A stretch of DNA of 64,000 nucleotides from Octopus bimaculoides (GCF_001194135.2 NC_068983.1:136756604-136820603); one strand, 5' to 3'. Positions 26,148-38,392 are shown, counted from the first letter of the stretch. Notes: generated by a model from the letters alone, not told the origin. Numbers and translations are program-made.

Positions 26148-27205
26148 CAGTGTGTCCCAAAATTAAGGCAACCAACTTTTATCAAGTTTGCCAAAGCAAA
26201 GTATTGTTATATTTTGGTCTGAGCATTGCAATGCAAGAGTAAAGGAAAGACAATTATGATACTACCACATTTATTCGATATGACCACCTCTGTTTCGAAT
26301 CACAGCCTTAAATCTAGGTGTGAATGTTTCATATATGGTACACAGCTGTTCTTGCAGAATTGAAGCCCATTCCTCATGCAGTTTTGCTTTTAGAGCATCG
26401 AGCAAAGCATGAATAGTGCTTGAGACCCTTGTCTCCAAAATGGACCAAACAGAAAAATCCAACAGGTTGGGATCAGGACTTCTTGAAGGCCAAACATCCT
26501 TGCCTATGAACAATGGAATGTTTTTCTGAATCCACTGTTGTGTCTGTTTGGAGCTGTGGGATGGTGCCAAGTTCTATTGGAGGCTCCAAGGTGTGCCTTG
26601 AAAGTGCTCATTCATCCATGGAAGCAGTTCAGCTTCCAGAATGTCACTAATGTATCGCTGGGTGTTAATTTTAACACCCAACAACCCAAAAATGAGAAGA
26701 GACCTTCCAGTAGCTGTCACAACTGCCCAAACCATAACTGATTGTGGATTTTGACATCAATTTACATCAAGTTGGGCAGTGTGCCTTCAGCAATCTGACG
26801 CAGGATAAGATGACTTCTCTCCAGTCTCATGGCCTTATAAACTTGCATGAGCTCATGATAATGGATCATCTTGTAGAGGTGGGTCCTGAGATCCTCCTTC
26901 AACACTCAGTACATCGATATTCTGCTTATTTTTGCTATGGCAGCCGACAATTTTCCAGACTGTTGTTTGGTCAATTATAAGCTTTTTTTGCTATAGCTAT
27001 ATTACTTTGACTTCCTTTGTGGAGGATTATGATTGTATTTCAGTCTATAGCTATTATCTAATTTATAAATCTGAATTAATTTAGTCTGAAACAAAAAGAA
27101 GACTCACTAAGCTTTTATAAAGATGTATAATTTTCATATCTTATTACATTTATTGATAGCTATTAAAGCCCAAAATTTTGGTTGCCTTAATTCCTGAACA
27201 CCCTG
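26148..27205 (-). mobile_element. Degenerate, internally deleted IS630-Tc1-mariner element, DD37D (maT-like)
   Basis: 26-bp TIRs (CAGTGTGTCCCAAAATTAAGGCAACC / CAGGGTGTTCAGGAATTAAGGCAACC) with TA on both sides. Transposase remnants PQSVMVW...KINTQRYISDILEAELLPW and LQ*NLAPSH...WPSRSPDPNLLDFSVW have 37 residues between the decayed 2nd Asp position and the final Asp. Confidence 0.9.
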
Positions 27206-27209
27206 TATA

Positions 27210-27312
27210 TATAGATGTTTTCGATCTAGTTTGGATTCTTTGCCATCAAATTTGATTGCAAAGAATTCAAATTTGATGGTAAAGAATCCAAACTAGATCG
27301 AAAACATCTATA
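27210..27312. repeat. Near-perfect 46-bp inverted repeat with an 11-nt loop
   Basis: Arms 27210-27255 and 27267-27312 differ at one position, a G.U pair on the sense RNA. Confidence 0.95.
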
Positions 27313-28255
27313 CAACTGCCTTAAAATAATAAAATCCTTAGAGCGGGCAAGTTCTGAGGTTGCAATCTGGCATTGGAATAAGTGGTGACTGGATGTGTAC
27401 ACCCTGTAAAGTGGTTGCCATTAGGAAGGGCATCCTGTTGCAAAAACCATACCAAAGCAGATTAGAAAGCAACATGGTCCTCCAACTTTTTGGACCTTAT
27501 CAAACTGTCCAACTTGTGCCAGTATGGAAAGGAGGCATTAAATGACGGTGATGATATCTATCTACCTATCTATCTATCTCTGACTGATTGAATAAGATAT
27601 TCTAATATATTTATCTTCACACAATTTTACAAACCCTGAATTATGTATATATAATTCGGGATTTGTAAAATTGAACAGATATATTAGAATATCTTATTCA
27701 ATAAATTCCAACATCATCTCATTTTCACATTTTACTTTTGCATGTTTTACAATTTTAGAGAGAGAATATGAGGTATATACATATTTGAGGAGGTCTCTTA
27801 TGTCTATGCCTAAAGATGGATGAGAGGGAAGGGGATTGAGTGTTTTTTAGTGTGTCAGATTGGTTAGTAGCATCCCTAGTTACACTAGAAGTAATTTTTG
27901 ATTAATAGAAGGGATCCACTATCATCCTTAATCATATCAGTGGAAGAGTACAGGGAAATTGAGGAGAGTGATCAAGAGATGAGTGATAAAGTCATAAGCA
28001 ATAAGCATGAGTGATAGTGGCTAATCAGCTGATAGAGTGATGAGAGGTAATGGCATGTGATAGGTGTATTAGAAAGATCCAAGACTATTGAAGATGCTAA
28101 TAATGTAGACTTGATGGTATACATATATACACAGATATATACATACATATACCTGCACATGCACAAATACTAAGACATGCACACATGTGCATATGCATCC
28201 ATACATATCTACATACAAATATATAACTAAAGATACATGCATGTATATATATATA

Positions 28256-28304
<49 letters not shown>

Positions 28305-28995
28305 CACTTTAGCATATCATACATTATAATCTAGTAAATTGACCTGATTTTCTGTAACTTTGGCTGGGTCATATTCTTTGAATGTTGCATTGCATATATT
28401 TGATTTTTACTGAATTCTTCAATTTCTTAATCTTGACATGTTTTTGAATGCCACTCTAAAATTATGAAATTTAATTATAACCATTTTATCTTGTTGAAAA
28501 AATATCATACACAAAAACCTGTTTCATATTTTTATATAATTATAATTGTAAATCTAATTTGATATTGCATTGTACATAATTAATATGTTTATTACTGTTA
28601 AATATTTGAGCATACCAATTGCTAAATCATAATTGCTAACACTAATGCATGTAACACTCTAAAGAAGAAAAGTTTTTCATTGCATTTTGGCTGGACTGAT
28701 CTTAAGCACCTGCCATTAATCTTTTTCTCATTTATCTTTTTTAAACTTCACACATTAAGGAATGATTTTATCTTTACAAATATTGCTAATAATTAGTTTT
28801 TATGGACTCAAAAATATATAGGTTTCTGTTTAATATCTAGCTAAACTGATTAGTGAGTATCTTGAAATTAATTGCATATACTCTGGTATTTAAAATAAGG
28901 CTGGGCCTTTTTTTATTATTCTCTGTCTCTTTCTCCCTTTTTTTTTTTCACTTCTTTTTTCTTACATTCTCCATCTTTCCTTTCTCACTCTCTAG

Positions 28996-29048
28996 GTGAA
29001 AGCAATTGCAATCCTACATGTTTCTGTTCACCTTCCATTAGTGAAAAG
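28996..29048 (+). CDS. Cav1: Candidate small alternative Cav1 exon B (VKAIAILHVSVHLPLVK-S), phase 0->2
   Basis: About 70-nt polypyrimidine tract plus ctctag acceptor; strong AAG|gtaaca donor; 53 nt open in phase 0; 58+53=111 nt restores the frame into exon 30378. Confidence 0.62.
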
Positions 29049-30377
29049 GTAACAGAAATTTAGGAGATAGTTACGTATCTAGAGAGGAGAGACATTTGTT
29101 TCTTGTCTGTTTAGAGCTACAGAAATCAATTTAAACTCTAGCTCTCTTCATTCCTGGTTTTCTTTACAAAGATTGCTTATGTCACCTGAAACCCATATTC
29201 TGAAGACAGTGATTAAGTAGGAGCCAAAATTTTTTTCTTTATATTGAAGGCCATGAAATTAAGTAAAATATTGCATCCAAAATCAAAAATATGTTAAAAG
29301 AATGGCAGCAGGATTAGTTCTGATGAAGATGATCTCAATTATCTGTCAACTAAAAGATGTTCAATTTATTTAATTCTTTCTAAGTATTTTCTTTATAAGA
29401 AATTTCCAAACAAGCATTTAACAAGTGGCAAAGGATTGTTGTTTTTCATATTTTTAAACTAAGTGGAGATATAGGGACCCCTAGTTCTCACTGTTGATTC
29501 TTTATCAAATGTCATATGTGTCTGTAACTGCCCTTAGTTTAAAATATATAAAAGAATAAGTACTCATTATTTGATTAAAGTTTTTTCAACAAATTTATTA
29601 TTTAAGTCTTTAACAGTTTGTAATTCAGAAAGAATTGAAAACAAATCCACTTGGCTTAAACTTTTAGTATGGTATAGGTGTGGTTGATTTATAGGGAAAA
29701 ATCAATACCAGTTAACTATATATTTTTTCATTTGTTTTGTTAAAGAAATGAAATTGAGCAAAATTAGGGAGGTCATGATGAAGTTTGGTAAGATTCAGTG
29801 AAGATGTACGATAATGCATAGCTAAAGATGGTCCCTTCTAAATTATGGTGTTATTCATAGACAAGTTTGGTAACAGACTGTAGAATAATTTTTAAATCTA
29901 TGAAAGTGTACCATATTTATGCGTATATGAAGATAAATCTATAAGTTTTATGTATTGCAATGTTTATAATTTCATCACTAGTAAACATTATGCAAGTTTG
30001 GCTGAGTACAACAAAATTGCCATGTTTACTAACTAGAGTAAGGAAACTAGAATCTTTTTTACAGGCAGAAAAATAACATTCTAAAAATTCAACACTCTAA
30101 GAATATACCATTAATGTAATGGTCTTCAGTTTTTGATATCAGTACCAAATAGATAATACAAATAGATGGTGGCTATGTTTTTTTTTTACATAAAGAAACA
30201 AATTGATCACACAATCAAACCTTTCCAAAATCATTCACATCCAATCTCATAGATTGACAATAAAAATCTGTTTTCATTGAAGAAATGTCATCCACCAGAA
30301 AATGCTCTGATCACCCTGCTAAAAAAAAACCCCAGTTAAACAGCTTCTTGATAACTAATGTTGACGTATGTTTACAG

Positions 30378-30680
30378 TGAACACTCTTCTGTCGAGGTTG
30401 ACTCTGTTCTTGACAACGAACAGGGTCTCGGAAGCAGGCCGAGTGAAGTTCAGGATTCAGACACTGAGAGTATTCCAATGCGAACGGTCGTAAGCGATCT
30501 CAGTCAGAATGTACAACCCCAGTCAGATCATGCAGCTGGGGTCAGTGACCCTGACCATGGCTCCGACCAGATATCTGATAAATTTTCAGACAAAGTGTTG
30601 TTTGATCACATGCCTGATCGTGTTCCAGTAACTCATCCAGGCCCTCCAGACAAAAAGCAGGACATATATGTATATAGAGA
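30378..30680 (+). CDS. Cav1: Cav1 C-terminal exon, acidic/Ser-rich (EHSSVEVDSVLDNEQG...KKQDIYVYR-D), phase 2->2
   Basis: tttacag acceptor with ctaat branch-like motif; GA|gtaagt donor; 303 nt GC-richer open frame (ORF 30358..30684). Confidence 0.82.
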
Positions 30681-30994
30681 GTAAGTATATTGGCCATTGG
30701 TCATTCTCCTGATATCCCACAAACCATTCTCGATTCCTGTCCAGCAAGCATCAGTGTTGGTCACCTGGAAGTGATACCTGTGTACATTATTTTTTTTTTT
30801 TTACCACAGAATAGTTATTCAGTAAAATGTTTGCAGTTTCAGTGCTTTCATTTTTTTTCTCTTTTCATATATGACCATTCACACATGCGCAAACATACAT
30901 GTGTGAATATGTTTAGATATATGTTGTCCCATAAGTAAGGTGAAATTTAGATATGCTTTATAATCAAAATAATAACTGGCTTATGGGATACATT

Positions 30995-30996
30995 TT

Positions 30997-31084
<88 letters not shown>

Positions 31085-31232
31085 GGACAAAACTATGTGT
31101 GTGTATACATATGTATGTATATGTGTGTATGTGTGTATAGATATATATATTTATATTTATGTATATATATATATATTATGTATATTTATATTTATGTATA
31201 TATATATATATATTATGTATATTTACATTATG

Positions 31233-31264
<32 letters not shown>

Positions 31265-31307
31265 ATGTATATATATGTATATATATGTATGTATATATAT
31301 GTATTTA

Positions 31308-31339
<32 letters not shown>

Positions 31340-31367
31340 GATATATATTTATATATATATGAATATA

Positions 31368-31406
<39 letters not shown>

Positions 31407-31411
31407 GTATG

Positions 31412-31448
<37 letters not shown>

Positions 31449-31459
31449 ATATATGTATG

Positions 31460-31492
<33 letters not shown>

Positions 31493-31505
31493 GCTTATAC
31501 ATATT
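30995..31505. repeat. Compound (TA)n/(CA)n/(TATG)n microsatellite block; similar arrays flank almost every gap and occur throughout
   Basis: Direct inspection; these arrays generate the spurious YI/TH-repeat ORFs. Confidence 0.95.
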
Positions 31506-32449
31506 TTTTTCTGAAACTGTCTCTGCTGTCATTGTTACTGAAAGTAGTAAAGTAGTATTTTCCATTAGTTCATTTTTATATTTTCCATCCTTTTATATTT
31601 TTTGTAACAAAACTTTGATTTAATCCATATGAATTTTCTTCAGCAATTATTGACTGATCTTTTTGTATGTTCAGCACTTTTTATTATTTATTTAACTCCA
31701 TAAATGCATGTTGCATGCCTCCAGTCACTATTACCAACATCCAGAAAACTACTTGTCTGCTTCCACCTTCCTATTTTTTCAGTGTTTCTTCTCTTGTGAT
31801 CACTATCAATGATTATTATTACTAAAACAAAGTCAGTTAAAAACATTTTGTTCACATCGTCAGTTTTGTGTGTTCATGTGTGTGTGTGTGAATTTGTGTA
31901 CATTTGTGTACCTGTCTCTCATACCTGTAATTACTGATACATGGGCAATTACCACTAGAGCCAATATATTGTGCACCTGGGTAAGGGACATATCTCTACT
32001 TTCCATAGTTTTGTTTGGTTAATAAACAAGCTCCACTTATTCCGTAATTCATGGTCAATAATAGGAAAATATGTTAGCAAAGGAAAAACTGTTTGACCAT
32101 AACTGCATTCAGATTTGTTGACATTTACAAAATTTAAGTTGTTTCAACTGGTTTCAACATTATATAGAATTTTTTAAAATATCAAAGGTTGACAAAAATC
32201 AAGATACGAAAATGTTAGATTGGAAAATAACCAGGAATTTTAGTATTCAATGGTTGGATCATTTGGCTGTTCTATGATAGATGGTAGGTGTTTGCTGCTA
32301 AACAAGATTTTTGTCATCTATTGGTAGGTCTAGGATTTTTCCAACTGATTTTTAACAAATTGACTGGCAGTTCTGCCATCAACACCCAGTTTGTTTAGAT
32401 TTTTTTCCCCTTTTAATTTTAAAGTTTGATTTTTTTATATGACACTCCC

Positions 32450-34720
32450 CCTTTTGTACGGTTCTTAATTCTAGTGAAACAAAAGAACATTGAAAAGCTA
32501 GAGGCACTCAGAACAAAACTCAAACATATAACTCAAATTATTAAGAACATGCATAATCATACTACAAATCATTGATAACTGGAAAAACTGACATTATCTC
32601 CCTATTAAGATCTTCAAATCCCACATCAAAAGCAATCTACACATGTAAAATGTAAAATAACTGAAGTAGCCTATGTACATCACATAACTATAATACAGCA
32701 AAGCTAAATACATTGTACAATACAATATGGTATAAAAACACCATCATCTCTCTCACACACACGACATTCACATTACAATGATACAAGAGACAAAAACTTA
32801 ACCTGTGATCTCGCTTATTACACTCCAAATATGCAGATCTAATCAAAGATTTAGTGGATGCCCCATAACATACAAGAAGTCCTGCATCTCACACATCGAT
32901 ATCACAAAAGAACTCAATCACTAATCCAGCAAAACAACATGCTAGGAAAACAAACAGTCAAGATAAAAAGCATAATAAACATATGTGTATATATCACCAC
33001 CAAACCTTCCAGCCACAGTGCCAGGTTACACATCTCCAATTACAACCATTTAACACATTCCCAAGTACCATCATGGAAGAATACAAGAAACACAACTCAT
33101 CCTGATTCAAAATAGAACAGATAACACTGAGAAGACACAATAGCGTCAGAACTAAAATCAAGAATAATTACAGTTTTATTGATAAAATCTAACAAAAGTC
33201 CAAACAGAACATCATTCCATACACCCATCTCTTCTCTATAAACATCATTAAAATCTTGGAAGATACAGTATTGATATCACATTTTACTTTCCAGTGTAGT
33301 AATTTAAAACCACAATACAAACCAACTAGGGAATTGATACACAATCATTCAACCCGCTAAAGAAAGCAAACAAATTCCTTCAAATTATCATCATCATCAA
33401 ACATCCGCTTTCTATGCTGGCATGGTTTGGACAGTTTTACTGAAAACTGGCAAGCCAGGGAGCTGCATCAGGTTCCAGTCCAATTTGGCATGGTTTCTAT
33501 AGCTAGATGCCCTTCCTAATGCCAACGACTTCAGGAGTTTAGTGGGTGCCTATTACATGCCACTGGCACTGGTGCCATTGACATGACACCAGCATCAGCC
33601 ACGACTATGATCTCACTTGGCTTGACAGGTCTTCATAAGCACAGTATATTGCTAAAGGTCTCAGCCACTTGTCACTGCCTCCATGACACCCAATACTGAA
33701 ACGGTGCTTTTTATGTGCCACTGGCATGAGTACCAGTCAGATGGCTTTGGCTTTGGCCATGACAACTACTATCTCAAAAAAGAAGGTATATATGGGCCAG
33801 TTTTGTCCTAGATGTACAAAAATAAGGAATGGTTATGGCTGAAATGCTTTTGATCATAATTCTGAACTGCCAAACAACCATATTTGCTGTTAGTTGTCAT
33901 GACTATGACTGATTATGGCTTTGGCATTACTTGATAAGCTTTCTCCATACTGGTTGGTTTTTTACCATTTATTATGATCAAGGAATACCTGACAGTTTCA
34001 ACAACAAAATACTCTCAGTACACACCATTTTTACTGCTATCAATATCAGCAAAACATCTCACTCCATTCCCAACTACTCATTTTTTTACTAATCAATACT
34101 TAATACCTTGAGAGGTAATGCAAACATACAGTCTAGCAAATTATCAGGTCAGCACCAACTCATTTAGAATTTGCAATATCCTGAGTTCCAAAATAAATCC
34201 ACCTTGTCACTCACTTTTTTTTTAACTTGTTCCTAGTCAATCTTCCTTACACCCCCACCAATGATATGAGTCATATCCTCCTATGGTTTCTCAAACACAG
34301 CTTCCCCAATTCTGCACCAATCACCTAGAAACCTGGTTCCAAACAGATTAAAAGTAGTATCTACCAAATTCAACTTCCTTCTTAGCAGAAACAGCAAAGA
34401 ATATCAAATATAACACACACAGACAAAAATCCTTGGAATTATACACATCTACAACCATCACAGCTCATTTAGAAGGTATAGTAAAGAAAGTAAACTAGCA
34501 CTCACAGTACCATATTTTATCTATATAAACAATAAAGTGTGTTACAAACAATATGTTAGATCCATCACAGATTATACCACTTCTACTTGGGCCCCAATTT
34601 CTCTGCAGCAAATTACAACAAACAACAAAGAAAATAAAGTAACACACATTTGCATCAATGACTGCACACATGTCATATACACAGAGAAATCAAAATACTC
34701 CAAAAGGTAAGACATCTTGG
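32450..34720 (+). mobile_element. Highly decayed LINE (I/Jockey-like) remnant, interrupted by a dispersed repeat
   Basis: A-rich strand; remnant peptides ITMIQETK (endonuclease) and RSITDYTTSTWAP (post-RT). Boundaries approximate. Confidence 0.45.
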
Positions 34721-35818
34721 ACATGGAAGTGAGACACAGTTTGTTGTAGCAGCAAACTCCACTCCCAACAGTTCCTATTGCTAAATAATCAACGTCAGTA
34801 ACACTGTCCTGTATAGGATGCTACACTTGGTTGGCAATTATATGTTATGGTTTCGTCACTTAGTACTGATCAATACAGATCAAACAGTTCATAAAGCTAA
34901 TGAACAAGCAGAAATAACAGGGCATCTAAGATCAAATCTTGGTAAGAGAGACTTTTGTCTTTTATCCATGTAGGATCAATAAAATAAACACCAAACATGT
35001 ATTGGGTAAATTCAATTATACTTTTCTCTGGAAATTGCTCCACTTCTGTCAACTTAAAAAAATCTTTATTACACAATCAACCACTTTATATTTAGTAAGA
35101 GATAAAATAAGTCCTATAACGTATTGAATTATAAAGGCTCCATTTAAGGAATTAATTTTAAAATATTGTATCTTGAGCAAGACACCTTGGTTGAAGAACC
35201 TGTCCCTTGCCGAACTATATACATGTTAGGATTTGATCAGGTCTGTTAACAAAACAATCATTTCTTATAATAAGTTACATGTGACATCAAGTTTTGAATT
35301 ATATGACCTTATGACGCCTATTTGTTGCTAGTTAGTCTAGTCTTAGTATCAGATAAGTGACCTAGCTATGGATACAATGCATTGCCAAAAGCAGGATATG
35401 AATTGTCTGACTTTCTTTTGCTGATAAGAGGTAGACATTATCTTAACTCAAGTCAGATGTGACTTAAATTCATAATCTGGGAACTGTTTTCAACTCTTTG
35501 TAATTTTCTAAAGCTTTAAGGCACCAATGACATAAAACAGCAATTAGACATTCACATTCAAATTTGTCAGAATGTATTAAAAATGAATAAATATGGTATA
35601 GTTCGGATACTTGCTGTTCTGTGTGCACTCCATAAATTATTTTTTAAAAATTGTTGTTTGAAAAAAATAACCTATTGTTTTCATTTATCATCTATTTTTC
35701 TTTCTTTTTAATATACTCAGATATCATTCAGATAGAATTTATAACTTTACTAGAGAAATCACTGTTATATATTATAACATTTACTATCATATATTCTCAT
35801 TGCTTTTCTATTTTTTAG

Positions 35819-35999
35819 TCTTCCCCAAGAAGACAGTGATTATGAAAGAGAACAAACACCACCTTCTCCCCCTCCAGCTTCCAGAAAAGTCAGTAAGAGA
35901 GGTGCTTCTATCAAACTATCGTGTATAGGTAAACAGGGCAGCGATGAAAACCCCTTAGTTAAAAAGATTGCACAACCCTTAAAATTAGCCCAGAGACAG
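35819..35999 (+). CDS. Cav1: Cav1 exon (LPQEDSDYEREQTPPSPPPASRKVSKRGASIKLSCIGKQGSDENPLVKKIAQPLKLAQRQ), phase 2->0
   Basis: ttttttag acceptor, CAG|gtaaga donor, 181 nt; KRGASIKLSCI resembles Cav1.2 RRASFHLECL. Confidence 0.9.
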
Positions 36000-36471
36000 G
36001 TAAGAAAATCTTTAGCACATTTTTTCTTATATATCAAAATTTGCAAATAGTGTGTGCATGTGTGTCTGGTTTGTATTTCAGATTTATTTGTAAATTCAAC
36101 TCCTTTGATAAATGGTAAACCAAAATAATTATGGCTATCAAATTGTTTTCATAGGACTGCCATGTTTATGAGAAATATATATATCTTCAAACAATGTATG
36201 ACAAGTTAATTCATTTAGGTGAAGATGTATTAAATGATATATACAATGAATTTTTTTTAAAAACTAATGTATCGGAATTTGTCTCTTAGTTGAAGGAAAA
36301 GCCTAATGGTAATTGTTAAAGACTTACAAAGAAGGGGAAGTTAATTTCAAGAAATTTAATTTCCCTAAAAGTTGAATTTTTATGCTTAAGAGGAAAATAC
36401 AATCTTTGTTAGTAGAGAAGGTGACAACTATCAACATGTTTTTGTTTTATCAGACCATGTCAGTATAGCAT

Positions 36472-36845
36472 GTGGAGGCGCAATGGCCCAGTGGTTAGGG
36501 CAGCGGACTCGCGGTCATAGGATTGCGGTTTTGATTCCCAGACCGGGCGTTGTGAGTGTTTATTGAGCGAAAACACCTAAAGCTCCACGAGGCTCCAGCA
36601 GGGGATGGTGACGAACCCTGCTGTACTCTTTCTCTCACTCTTACTTCCTGTTTCTGTTGTGCTTGTAATTCAAAGGGTCAGCCTTGTCACACTGTGTCAC
36701 GCTAAATATCCCCGAGAACTACGTGAAGGGTACACGTGTCTGGGGAGTGCTCAGCCACTTGCACGTTAATTTCACGAGCAGGCTGTTCCATTGATCGGAT
36801 CAACTGGAATCCTCAATGTCGTAAGCGACGGAGTGCCAACAACAA
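36472..36845 (+). mobile_element. tRNA-derived SINE with (CAA)n tail and 11-bp target-site duplication
   Basis: A-box TGGCCCAGTGG, B-box-like GGTTTTGATTCCC, caacaacaac tail; CAGTATAGCAT at 36461-36471 and 36846-36856. Confidence 0.85.
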
Positions 36846-36945
36846 CAGTATAGCATAGTCCTTTCAAACCTGCAGTGATCAATGTACAGAGATTTTTTTT
36901 ATTAGAGAAAAAGAGTTACAAAGATTTTTAGCCAGTATGTATATA

Positions 36946-38375
36946 CAGGGGTTGGATAAAGTAATGGAAACACATTAAAATTTTAAACAAATTTATTTTA
37001 ATATGGGGCAGGACCACCTTTAGCAGTAATTACAGCTTGAATTCTATGAGGTATGGACTCATACAAAGTTTGAATTGTTTCCAAAGGAATTTTTGTCCAT
37101 TCTTCAGCTAAAACAGTCTCCAGTTCTTGTAGTGATAATGGTGGAGGATATCGACTCCTTACTTGTTTTTCTAAAATGCAAAATAATTGTTCAATAATAT
37201 TGAGATCTGAGGACTGTAGTGGCCAGATATGATGTTCAACTTCACTAGAATGTCTTTGAGCCATTCAGTAACAACTTTAGCTGTGTGAATTGGTGCATTA
37301 TCATCCTGAAAGATTGCATTTCCCTCCGGAAACTGTTCCGCAACCATAGGATGAATCTGATTAGATAAAAGGCTTAAATAGTTTTGAGTATTAATTCCGC
37401 CATGAAGGGAAACCATTGGGCTGGCGGATTTCCAAGATATAGCCCCCCAGGTCATCACAGATCCTCCTCCATGTTTGACAGTTGGAAGAAGGCAGTCTGG
37501 GTCAAATGCTTCTTTTGGCTGTCTCCACACTTATACTTGGCCAGTGGTCAGAAATAAGGTAAAGGATGACTCATCTGAGAAAATAATATTCTTCCACTGC
37601 TCTAGGGACCAATTCTGTAGGTTTTTACTCCATTCTAAATGCTTTGCAATGTTTGTTTTTGAAAGTAGTGGTTTTCTGGTTGCAGCCCTCCTGTGAAATC
37701 CGGCTTTGTGCAGCNNNNNNNNNNNNNNNNNNNNNNNNNNNNNNNNNNNNNNNNNNNNNNNNNNNNNNNNNNNNNNNNNNNNNNNNNNNNNNNNNNNNNN
37801 NNNNNNNNNNNNNNNNNNNNNNNNNNNNNNNNNNNNNNNNNNNNNNNNNNNNNNNNNNNNNNNNNNNNNNNNNNNNNNNNNNNNNNNNNNNNGAAACTGG
37901 ATTCTCAAGGTGGTCATTAAGCTCTGCAGTAATTTTAGGAGCTTTACTTTTGTGATCCTTTCTAACAATTCACATAAGAGTCTGACAGTCCCTATCTGAA
38001 AGTTTTGGTTTTCTTCCGGAGTTTTGTTTCAACGAGGAGGTTTTTCCCTCTTTCTCAAAGACTGTCATTACTTTTGAGACAGTACTTCTTGATACACCAA
38101 ACATTTCAGCTGTTTTCATTATGCTAGCATCTGCCATATGAGCACCAACAATTTGACCTCTTTGAAAGTCTGATATAGCTGTCATTTTAATGAATTTTAA
38201 TTACCTTTTTTCTGATGATATCTGAAAAGAAACAGCAATTTTATCAAAACCTATTAAGCAACACTAATAATAAATCAAAAAACATAAAGGTAAACAAGCT
38301 TTTGACGGTTTTATAGATATTTCAAAATTACGATGCTATAATGCTAGGTGTTTCCATTATTTTGTCCAGCCCCTG
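36946..38375 (-). mobile_element. Tc1-like DNA transposon (DDE), frameshifted, with an internal assembly gap
   Basis: 28-bp TIRs (CAGGGGTTGGATAAAGTAATGGAAACAC vs CAGGGGCTGGACAAAATAATGGAAACAC) with TA on both sides. ORF pieces: LSDFQRGQIVG-type HTH, IIFSDESSF, PTVKHGGGSVMTWG, FQDDNAPIH, SSDLNIIE. Confidence 0.93.
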
Positions 38376-38392
38376 TATGTATGTATATATAT

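Noticed and set aside
30681-30790. GC-richer intron start possibly pairing with exon 30378-30680; ORF 30690..30938
   Set aside because: Best match is about 10 nt with a bulge; the ORF has no usable acceptor in phase.
30953-31623. 200-aa YI-rich ORF and overlapping ORFs
   Set aside because: Translation of a compound microsatellite.
36474-36545. tRNA-like sequence
   Set aside because: It is the head of a SINE (body, CAA tail, TSD); no complete cloverleaf, so not called a tRNA gene.
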